Shown in pieces: positions 26,500-36,017 of a stretch of 44,620 nt of DNA. The translations under genes and the position numbers were made by a program. The DNA comes from a bacterium (GTDB taxonomy: Bacteria > Bacillota_I > Bacilli_A > RF39 > UBA660), in assembly GCA_029007415.1 (NCBI GenBank), contig JAQXHT010000050.1, positions 1 to 44,620 on the forward strand, given 5' to 3'. The stretch's first letter is position 1. Each line of letters starts with the position of its first letter. The notes under the pieces were generated by a model. That model searched no databases. It worked only from the letters and a program-made list of their open reading frames with translations, and had not been told where the DNA came from.

Positions 26500-27267
26500 T
26501 TATACTTTTCTTGATTGAATTTCTGCTATTTTTTCTAAGACTTCTTTAGCATTTTCTTCACTGATAGAATTATAGCCAAGTTCCCTTAAAGCTTGAACCT
26601 TAGCCGCATTTAACTCTTGCGTACGACTTAATTTTTCTTCATTTTTTTGCTCTATATCTTGAACAAATCTTTTGTGCACTTCTGCAATTTTACTCTTAGA
26701 AGAACCACCATTATGATATAAAGTCATTGCTGAAAACATAATACTTTCAAATATAAACTGCTTACTTTGATCAAAATCGAATTTTAAAGGATCAGTAAAT
26801 CCCATTGACTTTGACATATATGCTAAGATGTAACGTAATTCTTCAGTTGTTTCCATAGATTGTAAATAGTGATATAAGTATATGTATGTTTGCTGAGTTT
26901 TCTTAGTTTTATCTTCTAACAATTTTTCTTTTAATATATTAATAATATCTGAGAGAATATCTTGATCTTTTTTATTTAATCCTTTTAAATCAGCAAGGAC
27001 TTCTCTATTAGAACTATCTCTAACTCCTTCATTCAATCTAGTCTCAACTCTCATAATATAATCTCCAGTGATACTAAGAGAATTAATTTCTTTTTCATTA
27101 TCTATATCTAATAAACTTAATAGTTTTAAAGCTTTTTCTTTTGGCCATTCTTCTAAAGAGGAAAGTGCCAAGTAATTATATAACATTTGTCTTGAAACAC
27201 CTAAATATTTAGCTAATCTAACTTTAGAAATTCCAAGTTCCAATAATAATTCATCTAACTTTTTCAT
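26500..27267 (-). CDS. XRE-family helix-turn-helix protein with a long uncharacterised C-terminal region
   Basis: N-terminal ISKVRLAKYLGVSRQMLYNYL HTH. GGAGGG RBS. Confidence 0.7.
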   Translation of the reverse strand: MKKLDELLLELGISKVRLAKYLGVSRQMLYNYLALSSLEEWPKEKALKLLSLLDIDNEKEINSLSITGDYIMRVETRLNEGVRDSSNREVLADLKGLNKKDQDILSDIINILKEKLLEDKTKKTQQTYIYLYHYLQSMETTEELRYILAYMSKSMGFTDPLKFDFDQSKQFIFESIMFSAMTLYHNGGSSKSKIAEVHKRFVQDIEQKNEEKLSRTQELNAAKVQALRELGYNSISEENAKEVLEKIAEIQSRKV

Positions 27268-27285
27268 TGTCTACCCTCCACTATC

Positions 27286-27362
27286 ATTGTAGCGAGGTTT
27301 ACGTAAATAGTCAAGAAAATTTTATGTAAACTCTTGACAGATAGTTGAAGTGCACTCAATAT
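27286..27362. promoter_or_regulatory. Back-to-back promoters with two 10-bp palindromic boxes
   Basis: - strand: TTGACT (27309-27314), 17-nt spacer, TACAAT (27286-27291), with TTTACGTAAA (27298-27307) in the spacer. Second box TTTATGTAAA at 27321-27330. + strand: TTGACA (27334-27339), 17-nt spacer, CAATAT (27357-27362). Confidence 0.5.
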
Positions 27363-27416
27363 TTCTTATATGTTAGTATATAACTTTTTATATTTATAAA
27401 GCTTTTCATTTTTTCG

Positions 27417-28031
27417 TTATTTTAATTTTCTTCTTCCTTCAATAATTTCAAATTTGTAAACAGGACTATTGTAATTTCTTTCAAATAATCTTTCAGCCAG
27501 TTCTTTATTACTAAAGCGACTATTTAATAATATATAATCTTTATAGTTTTTAGGATTATATTCATCTATTTTAAAGTAATCTTTTTTGTGATAAATATTG
27601 AAAAATAAGTCGGTTAAATCTAAATCTACGAGGACAGAAGTTCCACATTGATAACAATATTCAGCAACTCGTTTAACACAATCACCAAAGTGAAATCCAC
27701 CAACAACTATTTCATCAAAGTCCCCTAATTGTGCTATTAAATAACTCTCATTAGGATATTTAATATTCCCACTATAACCATTAGCTTGTTCAAAAGTTAC
27801 ATCAGTATAAATTATTTTATCGGTTGGTAGAAGATTAATTCCATAAAGACTTTTATCAGGATAAATAGCATATACAATTTGATAACCTTTATCTCTATAT
27901 CTTTTTTGGATACATTCATTTAATACTTTATATGGATTTTCTCTTCCATTTTGTTGTAAATATTCTTCTGAAAATTCAAAAGAACGATTATATTCTTCAA
28001 TAGGATACAAATATAAAAAGATTTTTTTCAT
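27417..28031 (-). CDS. Hypothetical 204-aa protein, possibly a degenerate isochorismatase/cysteine-hydrolase-like fold
   Basis: EIVVGGFHFGDCVKRVAEYCYQCGTSVLVDLDLTD parallels the GlxtDxCV...G..V.v..D segment of isochorismatase-family proteins. The N-terminal Asp motif was not seen. Confidence 0.5.
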   Translation of the reverse strand: MKKIFLYLYPIEEYNRSFEFSEEYLQQNGRENPYKVLNECIQKRYRDKGYQIVYAIYPDKSLYGINLLPTDKIIYTDVTFEQANGYSGNIKYPNESYLIAQLGDFDEIVVGGFHFGDCVKRVAEYCYQCGTSVLVDLDLTDLFFNIYHKKDYFKIDEYNPKNYKDYILLNSRFSNKELAERLFERNYNSPVYKFEIIEGRRKLK

Positions 28032-28131
28032 AAATAATCACCTACGTATATTCTATCATGATTTAACCATTTATTAGTAATAAAGTGTATTTGTCCTATC
28101 ATTTACCCTCTTGAATGAACTGCAGCGACAG

Positions 28132-28614
28132 CTAATTTATGTCTTTTAAAAGAGTTGCCATCATTTCAATTATCTTATTAATTACTATTTTCTTGTTTAG
28201 AAAACGAGCCTTCTTATTAACTGTTACCTCTTCATTATAAAATTTATCTTCATCCTTAGAATAAATACTTATATAAACTAAATTATTACTTCCAGTATCA
28301 TTATTTTCATCTTTTCTATTTAACTTACCAGTAACACCAACTCCATAATTACTATTGGCAAAATTAGATATTGCTTTAGCCATAGACATTGCTGTTTCTA
28401 TACTATAAACAGTATATTTATCAATAATTTCTTTATCTACACCCATTTTTATCTTATATTCATTACAATAAGTAACAGCACTAAACTTAAATATTTCACT
28501 AGCACCTTCCATATTAGTAATAGCATTAGCAACACCTCCACCAGTACAAGATTCCATGGTTGCAATAGTTAGTTGCTTTAATTGTAATTTATGAATAATA
28601 TTTTTAAAATCCAT
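28132..28614 (-). CDS. pncC: Nicotinamide-nucleotide amidase (CinA C-terminal domain)
   Basis: TIATMESCTGGGVANAIT motif. ATG at 28614 is preceded by AAAGGGGA. Confidence 0.8.
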   Translation of the reverse strand: MDFKNIIHKLQLKQLTIATMESCTGGGVANAITNMEGASEIFKFSAVTYCNEYKIKMGVDKEIIDKYTVYSIETAMSMAKAISNFANSNYGVGVTGKLNRKDENNDTGSNNLVYISIYSKDEDKFYNEEVTVNKKARFLNKKIVINKIIEMMATLLKDIN

Positions 28615-28630
28615 ATTACCATCCCCTTTT

Positions 28631-29428
28631 CTATTTAATAAATTTTTCATTTATCTTTTTAATAAAATTATAATCTTTGTTTCTAAGACATTTAATAGTT
28701 TTATCTTTCATAATAGTTTCTATTTTAATAACATTATCATATACCTTGTTTACTCCATCTACTGTTACTATTAAATTATCAGTTTTAGTAGGTAGAAGAG
28801 TAATATTTTTATTTTGTGGAAGAACAATTGAATTAGAAATAGTCTTGTAGGTCTTATTATTTAAAGGTGCAATAGTAGTTAATTCTAAGGCATGAAACGT
28901 ATTATAAATAATACTACCACCAAAGCTAAGATTATAGGCGGTTGTTCCAAAAGAAGTAGCTACCAAAATGCCATCACCAGCAAAGTTTTCTAATAAATAA
29001 TTATCAATGAAGACATCTAATTTCAAAGTATTTAAAGTTTTTTCACGTACTACTATTTCATTTAAAGAGTAAAACTTATCTATTTTATCATCTTTGCTAT
29101 AAATAGTACTTTCTTGAATTCCTATTTCTTCAATCAAAAATTTATCTTCCTTTAAATCATTAATAAAATTTTCAATATCATTAATCTCTACTTCTTGGGC
29201 AAATCCTAAAGTACCAGCATTAATACCAATATAATAAGTATTACTATCAAAATTAGTATCTTTAATCATTCTTAGAAAAGACCCATCTCCACCGATTGCT
29301 ATTCCTAAATCAAAATTATATTCTACTATTTCAAAATCATTTTTTATTAGTTTAGTAGCAACTACATCCTTAAGAAGAAGGGATTTATCATTATTATTTG
29401 CAAATATTTTTATTCTTTTAATTCTCAT
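28631..29428 (-). CDS. nadK: NAD kinase
   Basis: GGDGSFLR motif, 265 aa. Confidence 0.9.
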   Translation of the reverse strand: MRIKRIKIFANNNDKSLLLKDVVATKLIKNDFEIVEYNFDLGIAIGGDGSFLRMIKDTNFDSNTYYIGINAGTLGFAQEVEINDIENFINDLKEDKFLIEEIGIQESTIYSKDDKIDKFYSLNEIVVREKTLNTLKLDVFIDNYLLENFAGDGILVATSFGTTAYNLSFGGSIIYNTFHALELTTIAPLNNKTYKTISNSIVLPQNKNITLLPTKTDNLIVTVDGVNKVYDNVIKIETIMKDKTIKCLRNKDYNFIKKINEKFIK

Positions 29429-29438
29429 ATTTTACCTC

Positions 29439-30017
29439 TTAATTATATAAATTATTTTTAATGTATTCTAATACTTTAGAATCTATATTCAAACTATCTG
29501 CTGACTTTATATTGTTCTTAAATTCATTTCTAATACTAGTGGAAGATAGTGAACTTTTAATATCATCAATAACAATAATGTTATCTTGATAATGTTTAAG
29601 TTCTGAAATAATATCAGTAATAGATTCTCCGTTTCTTCTAATTACTATTAACTTATAATTAGAAAGAATATATTGGTATTGTTTCCAAGATTTTATCTCT
29701 TTTAGATTGTCAGAACCACATATAAAGTAAATATCATCATTTTTATAATACTCTTTAAAATGATTAAGTGTTTCATAAGTATGGGTTAACTTTCCAAATT
29801 CATAGGTAGAAATATCAAAATAAGGAACACTACCTACTACTAATTTTAACATATTATATCTATCTTGTTCACTAGCAAGATAAGGTTTTTCATAATTACT
29901 ACCAGTTGGAACAAAAATAACTTTATCTAAGTAATTATTTTTAACAAGGTAATTAGCAATTTTTTGATGAGTTTTATGAGGAGGATTAAAATTTCCTCCA
30001 AATATTCCTATTTTCAT
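29439..30017 (-). CDS. nadD: Nicotinate-nucleotide adenylyltransferase
   Basis: GIFGGNFNPPHKTH motif, 192 aa. Confidence 0.9.
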   Translation of the reverse strand: MKIGIFGGNFNPPHKTHQKIANYLVKNNYLDKVIFVPTGSNYEKPYLASEQDRYNMLKLVVGSVPYFDISTYEFGKLTHTYETLNHFKEYYKNDDIYFICGSDNLKEIKSWKQYQYILSNYKLIVIRRNGESITDIISELKHYQDNIIVIDDIKSSLSSTSIRNEFKNNIKSADSLNIDSKVLEYIKNNLYN

Positions 30018-31096
30018 TTCTTTAGCTCTTTTCTTAATTGTAAGATTTTTTCTTTACCATTTAAAAGTGGTTTTAAAGATTCTTTATTATGTAGAGTATT
30101 AATAATATTAGCAATATCATAAGAATTATCAACAACATGACACCATTCTTTATTTTGATATTCTTCTGGTATATAAGAAAGATTAGTAGTATAAAGTTTG
30201 GTAAAATGTCCTTTTTCATAGGCTTTATCAAACTCTTGAATTCCTTCGGTGAAAAGAGCAAATGTTGCTATGAAATAAATATTATTTGCTCCTTTATTAT
30301 ATAGTTTTTCGGCTACTTCTAACATAGAATTACCAGAAGCAATCATATCATCTACTACTAAAACATCTCTATCTGCTACATTATTTCCCATATAAATATG
30401 TTCAATGATAGGATTTTTTCCATTTACAACATTCTGCAAATCACGTCTTTTATAGAAAACACCAACATCACTATCTAACATTTCAGCATAGTATCTTGCC
30501 CGTTCCATTGCCCCCATATCAGGGCTTATTACTAGTGGATTATGAATATCTTCATTAATTAATAAATCTTTTAAAATAGTGTTGGTTGGATAAAAATTAG
30601 TAAATTGAAGATTAGGGATAGCATTAGAAACGTTTGGATCATGAGCATCAAAAGTAATTATATGGTCAACTCCTAAGTGTTCTAATTCTTGAAGAGCAAT
30701 GGCACAATCAAGTGACTCTTTCCCTTTTCTTTTATGTTGTCTTGCTTGATATAGAAGTGGCATTATAAGATTGATTTTTTCTGGACCGCCAGCAAGAGCA
30801 GAGATAGTTCTTTTAATATCTTGAAAATGCTCATCAGGACCCATATGGTTAGTAAACCCATGCATTTTATAAGTTACGCCATAATTACCAACATCAGCCA
30901 AGAGATAAATATCCTTATCTCTAATAGTATCACTAATCTTTACTTTTCCTTCCCCATTAGAAAATCTATCTTCCTTGATTGGTAAAAGATAATTAGTATT
31001 ACTATTATTTAATTTTTTTAGTTCATAATTAACTTTTTCTCCCATTTCGTTTATGCTCTTAAGAGCTATTATTTTTAAGTTATTCATATTTCTCAC
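30014..31096 (-). CDS. prs: Ribose-phosphate pyrophosphokinase (long paralogue type)
   Basis: PRPP-binding loop VLVVDDMIASGNS and FDAHD motif, 360 aa. Confidence 0.82.
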   Translation of the reverse strand: MRNMNNLKIIALKSINEMGEKVNYELKKLNNSNTNYLLPIKEDRFSNGEGKVKISDTIRDKDIYLLADVGNYGVTYKMHGFTNHMGPDEHFQDIKRTISALAGGPEKINLIMPLLYQARQHKRKGKESLDCAIALQELEHLGVDHIITFDAHDPNVSNAIPNLQFTNFYPTNTILKDLLINEDIHNPLVISPDMGAMERARYYAEMLDSDVGVFYKRRDLQNVVNGKNPIIEHIYMGNNVADRDVLVVDDMIASGNSMLEVAEKLYNKGANNIYFIATFALFTEGIQEFDKAYEKGHFTKLYTTNLSYIPEEYQNKEWCHVVDNSYDIANIINTLHNKESLKPLLNGKEKILQLRKELKK

Positions 31097-33032
31097 TGCT
31101 TTCCATTTTCTCTATTTCATCTAGATAATTTTGATAGTTAAGATCACTAGGTAGTCTTAGATCACCTCGTGGTGATAAACTAATACTCCCTACTTTGACA
31201 CCATCTGGTAAACAATTTCTTTTAAATTGTTGGGTGAAAAATCTGTTGATAAATATTTTTAAACATTTAATGATTTCTTCCTTATTATATTCAGGAAATG
31301 TTAGACTAGCTAAGTAATATAACTTTTTAGGAGTAGTGCCATATCGTAAGAAGTGATATAAGAAGAAGTCATGTAATATATAGCTACCAATAGAATTTTC
31401 TGTCTTTTGAGCAATATTGCCATCCTTATTAGGTGGTAATAATTCAGGAGAGATAGGAGTTTCTAAGATATCAGTTAATATTAGTTTTTTCTTTTCATCT
31501 TCCTTTTCCATATACCAATTTACTAAGTGACGGATTAATGTCTTTGGCACACCGATATTTACGGCATACATACTCATATGATCTCCGTTATAAGTACACC
31601 AACCAAGAGCTAGTTCTGATAAATCACCTGTACCAATAACAATTCCTTTTTCTTTATTAGCAACATCCATTAATATTTGGGTTCTTTCTCTTGCTTGTAA
31701 ATTTTCATAAGTTATACTTCTATCATTTTCATCTAAAGCTATGTCTTGCATATGAAGAAGACAAGCTTCCTTAATACTTATTTCTTTTAAAGTGGCATTG
31801 TAACTTTTAACTAGGTCTAAGGCATTTTGATAAGTTCTATTAGTAGTACCAAATCCTGGCATAGTTATACCAATAATATCTTTATTATCACGACCAAGTT
31901 TTTTGAATGCTTCAATAATTACTAGGAAAGCTAGTGTAGAATCAAGACCACCACTCATTCCAATAACACATTTAGGATTATTAAGTTGTATCAATCGTCT
32001 TGCTAAAGCATTACTTTGAATATTGATTATCTCTAAACAACGCTCATCCATCTCTAGATTGTTACTTGGAACGAATGGATATTTTGCATAAATCCTATCA
32101 AGTGTTTTCGCATTACAATTAGTTTTAGTCTTTACTATGCGATATTCTTTATCATCTACTTTTCGCATAAAACTTCTATTACGGCGACGTTCATTAGTAA
32201 GAAGAAAAACGTCTATATCAGAACTGATAATATTACTTTCTAATTGAAAACGTTCATTTTTCTTCAATAATTTGCCATTTTCATAGATATAACTAGCTCC
32301 ACCAAAGATTAAATCGGAAGATGATTCCATTATGCCACTTGAAGTGTAAATATAACTAGTAACTGTTCGAGCAGATTGACTAGTAATTAATTTTTGGCGG
32401 TAACTATCTTTCCCAATTAGTTCATTACTACTTGATAAATTAAAGATAATAGTAGCACCATTTACAGCATAGTTACTGCTAGGTGGAACAACTGACCATA
32501 AATCTTCACATATTTCGATAGCAAAAGTTATCTCTTTAGTATTTTCATCTTGAAACAATAAATCTGTTCCGAATGGTACTAACTGTCCTAAAAGTTCTAG
32601 ATAGTTTTCTTTTAAATTAAGACTAGAACTAAACCATCTAGCTTCATAAAATTCGTTATAATTTGGTATATAACTCTTCGGTACTATTCCTAGTATTTTC
32701 CCTTTATTAATAACTACAGCGGTATTATAAAGAGCGTTATTAGTAGCTAATGGCATACCAATGATAGCTATTATATCGAGTGTTTTGGTAGCTTTTAAAA
32801 TTTCTTCTAGACCTTTTAAGGAATCTTTAATTAACTTATCTTGTAAAAATAAATCAGCACAGGTGTAACCAGTTAAGGCTAACTCTGGTGTTACAACGAT
32901 AGCTATATCCTTCTGATAAGCTGTTTTAATGTTTTTAATTAGTTCTTTGGCATTTTCTAACGGATTAGCTAGTGCTAACTTATTTACTATTGCTCCTACT
33001 CTAACGTAACCATACTTTCGCATATATTTCAC
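31080..33032 (-). CDS. nadE: Glutamine-dependent NAD+ synthetase (nitrilase domain plus synthetase domain)
   Basis: CN-hydrolase elements (TPELALTGY, EICEDLW) and the PP-loop GMSGGLDS, 650 aa. Confidence 0.9.
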   Translation of the reverse strand: MKYMRKYGYVRVGAIVNKLALANPLENAKELIKNIKTAYQKDIAIVVTPELALTGYTCADLFLQDKLIKDSLKGLEEILKATKTLDIIAIIGMPLATNNALYNTAVVINKGKILGIVPKSYIPNYNEFYEARWFSSSLNLKENYLELLGQLVPFGTDLLFQDENTKEITFAIEICEDLWSVVPPSSNYAVNGATIIFNLSSSNELIGKDSYRQKLITSQSARTVTSYIYTSSGIMESSSDLIFGGASYIYENGKLLKKNERFQLESNIISSDIDVFLLTNERRRNRSFMRKVDDKEYRIVKTKTNCNAKTLDRIYAKYPFVPSNNLEMDERCLEIINIQSNALARRLIQLNNPKCVIGMSGGLDSTLAFLVIIEAFKKLGRDNKDIIGITMPGFGTTNRTYQNALDLVKSYNATLKEISIKEACLLHMQDIALDENDRSITYENLQARERTQILMDVANKEKGIVIGTGDLSELALGWCTYNGDHMSMYAVNIGVPKTLIRHLVNWYMEKEDEKKKLILTDILETPISPELLPPNKDGNIAQKTENSIGSYILHDFFLYHFLRYGTTPKKLYYLASLTFPEYNKEEIIKCLKIFINRFFTQQFKRNCLPDGVKVGSISLSPRGDLRLPSDLNYQNYLDEIEKMESSEKYE

Positions 33033-33034
33033 CT

Positions 33035-33667
33035 CTATTTAATTATTTTTATATATTGTTTTGCTTTTTCCATAGTGTATTTTGACTGAATATCTGTGAT
33101 ATAACCTAAATCGATTAATTTGTAAGCATCAGCTACATCACATTCAAAATACTTAATAAATTCATCTTTATCTAAATTTTGGTCTTGTACTTTGACACAA
33201 TTCTTAGCAAGAAAAGCGTAGTTATAAGCGGAAACTCCACAAGCTTGATCTTGATAAAATTTGTCTAAGTAGATAAGATTATTGCTAATATAACCAGTTT
33301 CTTCGGCCAATTCTCTTAGAGCAGCTGTTTCTTTATATTCGCCTTCTTCAACATAACCAGCTGGAAGTTCAACACTTACTCCTTCGATAGTAGATAATCT
33401 TGGTTGAACTACTAAAATTGTTTTATTATCACGAGTAACTGGCATTATGATACAAGCACTTTTTTCAGTTCCACCCTTTCTAATTTTTTCTCTAGTCATC
33501 TCTTGGCCATTATTTAAATAACACTTGTATTTTTCAATATTTAGGAAACCTTTTCTTCCTACAGGAATGTTATCTTGATAAATATATTCTTCCTTTAGTT
33601 TTTCCTTTTTAATAGTTTTTAATTCAGAAATATAATCTTTTAATTCTTCTAGTTTTTCTCTTTTCAT
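33035..33667 (-). CDS. NUDIX hydrolase, probably ADP-ribose pyrophosphatase
   Basis: Complete Nudix box GYVEEGEYKETAALRELAEETGY. Confidence 0.75.
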   Translation of the reverse strand: MKREKLEELKDYISELKTIKKEKLKEEYIYQDNIPVGRKGFLNIEKYKCYLNNGQEMTREKIRKGGTEKSACIIMPVTRDNKTILVVQPRLSTIEGVSVELPAGYVEEGEYKETAALRELAEETGYISNNLIYLDKFYQDQACGVSAYNYAFLAKNCVKVQDQNLDKDEFIKYFECDVADAYKLIDLGYITDIQSKYTMEKAKQYIKIIK

Positions 33668-35124
33668 CTTTTAACCTTTACTTTTCCTTTTTCTGTTAGT
33701 TGTTTTCTATGTGTATTAATTAACTCTTGTTTTAGTTCTCTTAGTTTATCTGATAAATCAACATAATATTCGTGTGGTTTATCTATTCTTTTAATTTCTT
33801 CATATAAAGTATTAAATTCTTTGTTACAATAATCTTTAGTTTCTTCTATATTAGGTGTTTGATAAACTAATTCACCATCTTTAAAGATTGGTACTAATAA
33901 ATCTCTTACTTGATAATTACTTAGTTCCTTTTGCTTCCAAGTTTCAACTGGATGAACTAGGGTATATTTATCTTCAGGTATTTTTTCATCACTTAATGTT
34001 AAAACATCACCTAGAGCATAACCACTTTTTTTATCGTAAAAACGATATACTTTTTTATGACCAGGATTGATAGTTTTAGCACTATCGTTACTAACTTTTA
34101 TCTTAGATATTTCTCTATCGTCTTCAATAGTTGCAACTAGTTTGTAAACACCACCAACACGCTCTTTAGCTGCAGCTATATTATCACCTACTCCTAAAGA
34201 ATTAATGATTGCTCCTTGAAGTTTTAAATCTCTAATAGTAAATTCGTTTAGACCATTTGATAGGCAGATACCAGTATTAGTATAACCAGCTTCATCTAAT
34301 AACTTTCTTGCTTCTTTTGACAAATAAGCTAAGTCACCACTATCTATTCTGATACCTTTAAAGTCTAAACCGTTGGGTTTTAGATAATCATCCGCTACTT
34401 TGATAGCATTTGGTATCCCACTTTTTAAGGTGTCATATGTATCTACTAAAAATACACAGTTGTCTTTATTACTCTTGGCATACTTTAAGAAAGCTTCGTA
34501 TTCATCATTGCTTTCTGTTACTAGCGAATGAGCCATTGTGCCAAGAACAGGTATTTGATATTTCATACCAGCTAAGGTGTTTGAAGTGCCACTACATCCA
34601 CCGATATACGCATATTTACTAGCTTCAATGGCAGAATCTATTCCCCTAGCACGTCTAGCACCGAACTCCATAACAGGTATATTTCCTGCTTCATTGGTAA
34701 TTCTTTTAGCAGCAGTAGTAACAAGTGATGCGTGATTGAAGTTAGCTAATAAAGCAGTTTCTAATAGCTGAGCAGTAATGATGGGTGCTTTTACAGTTAA
34801 TACTGTTTCATTTGGAAAAACGATTGTTCCATCTGGTACTGCGTAAATATCTCCTTTAAATCTTAGATTTTCTAGATAGTTTAAAAACTTTTCACTGAAT
34901 TGATTTAAACTCCTTAGATAGTTAATTTCTTCTTTTCCAAATTTAAAATTTTTAATATAATCAATAGTTTCAGCTAGACCACCACTAATGGTATAACCAC
35001 CATCAAAGGGGTTCTTTCTAAAGAAGATATCAAAATAAGCTTCTTCCTCTTGTTTTCCTTCGTCAAAGTAAGTTTGACTCATTGTTAATTCATAAAAATC
35101 GGTCATTAATGTTTTATTTTCCAT
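33664..35124 (-). CDS. pncB: Nicotinate phosphoribosyltransferase
   Basis: MTDFYELTMSQTYF N-terminus, about 486 aa, typical of the family. Confidence 0.9.
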   Translation of the reverse strand: MENKTLMTDFYELTMSQTYFDEGKQEEEAYFDIFFRKNPFDGGYTISGGLAETIDYIKNFKFGKEEINYLRSLNQFSEKFLNYLENLRFKGDIYAVPDGTIVFPNETVLTVKAPIITAQLLETALLANFNHASLVTTAAKRITNEAGNIPVMEFGARRARGIDSAIEASKYAYIGGCSGTSNTLAGMKYQIPVLGTMAHSLVTESNDEYEAFLKYAKSNKDNCVFLVDTYDTLKSGIPNAIKVADDYLKPNGLDFKGIRIDSGDLAYLSKEARKLLDEAGYTNTGICLSNGLNEFTIRDLKLQGAIINSLGVGDNIAAAKERVGGVYKLVATIEDDREISKIKVSNDSAKTINPGHKKVYRFYDKKSGYALGDVLTLSDEKIPEDKYTLVHPVETWKQKELSNYQVRDLLVPIFKDGELVYQTPNIEETKDYCNKEFNTLYEEIKRIDKPHEYYVDLSDKLRELKQELINTHRKQLTEKGKVKVKR

Positions 35125-35125
35125 A

Positions 35126-35731
35126 TTATTTTTCCTTTCTTTTAGTGTTAATTAAGTTAACACCTTGTTGTTTTAATAAGATTTTACTAGCATTTACGTA
35201 ATCTCTACGATTTTCTTCATCGTAAGTTGCGATAGCATCTAAGTAGACGTTTATGCTATGTTTTCGATTATTTTCATCGAGATAATTAGCAAGTCCTAAG
35301 ACACCGTTTGTAATACAAATATCAGTACAACAACCTACTACGTTGAAGTTTTCTAAGGTAGTTTGTCTTTCCAGTAGTTTTCTAAAGTCAGGTGCTTCCA
35401 TAAAACTAGTTGAATTCTTTGTAATACTAATAGTATCTTTTGCTTGTTCATAGATTTTTAACTCATCTACTACTTCACTTTCACTTGTTCCTTTAAGACA
35501 GTGAGTTGTATTTCCAAATCTTTCGAATTCTGTTGATTCTTTAGTATGATTGTCTTTGATAAAGATAATTAATTGTTTTGTTTCTTTCGCTTCTTTTATT
35601 AGTTTTATTTGTGTAGGTATTATTTTACTGATTTCTTCATCATGTAATACGCCTTCTCTTACAAAGCCATTAACCATATCTACAATAATTAGGCAATCTT
35701 TATATAACTTTAAGTTATCTATTTTATTCAT
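35126..35731 (-). CDS. pncA: Nicotinamidase / isochorismatase-family hydrolase
   Basis: LIIVDMVNGF (Asp), ITKNSTSF (Lys) and VVGCCTDICI (Cys) triad elements. ATG at 35731 is preceded by AGAGGAGAA. Confidence 0.78.
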   Translation of the reverse strand: MNKIDNLKLYKDCLIIVDMVNGFVREGVLHDEEISKIIPTQIKLIKEAKETKQLIIFIKDNHTKESTEFERFGNTTHCLKGTSESEVVDELKIYEQAKDTISITKNSTSFMEAPDFRKLLERQTTLENFNVVGCCTDICITNGVLGLANYLDENNRKHSINVYLDAIATYDEENRRDYVNASKILLKQQGVNLINTKRKEK

Positions 35732-35745
35732 AGTTTTTTCTCCTC

Positions 35746-35766
35746 TTATTAATATTTTGTTAATAA
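35746..35766. promoter_or_regulatory. 21-bp palindrome, candidate NrtR operator 1
   Basis: TTATTAA-tattttg-TTAATAA, directly upstream of the pncA RBS. Confidence 0.4.
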
Positions 35767-35800
35767 CTATAGTTAAAAATTTTACAAGTCTCTTCACTTG

Positions 35801-35821
35801 TTATTAACATTATATTAATAT
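35801..35821. promoter_or_regulatory. 21-bp palindrome, candidate NrtR operator 2
   Basis: TTATTAA-cattata-TTAATAT. Same architecture as operator 1, 55 bp centre to centre. Confidence 0.4.
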
Positions 35822-36017
35822 CATATGAAACCGTCAACCTCTTTTTAACATTTTTTTAAAAAGAAAATAATTTATGTAAATTAACAGATGACTATGTCAA
35901 ACAAAAAAGTGTCTGAAACTTAGTTCATAACACTCTTATTAGTTATTACTATCATTTATAATTTTATCTAATCTAGCTATCCTAGTTGCTAGTAAGTAAC
36001 AAATTTAAAACCTCTTT

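Noticed and set aside
27296-27332. Possible chromosome dimer resolution site (dif), based on TTATGTAAACT and an inverted GGTTTACGTAA.
   Set aside because: The two arms are separated by 15 nt, not the 6-nt central region required for XerCD. The 11-mer left of a 6-nt spacer (AAATAGTCAAG) matches the B. subtilis XerC arm at only about 4 of 11 positions. The boxes are better explained as operators of the adjacent XRE gene. Kept as a caveat in one finding.
35855-35882. Second dif-like 28-mer, TTTAAAAAGAA AATAAT TTATGTAAATT, in the nrtR-pncA gap.
   Set aside because: About 18 of 28 matches to the B. subtilis dif as I recall it, with a poor XerC arm and central region. That similarity level is plausible by chance in DNA this AT-rich.
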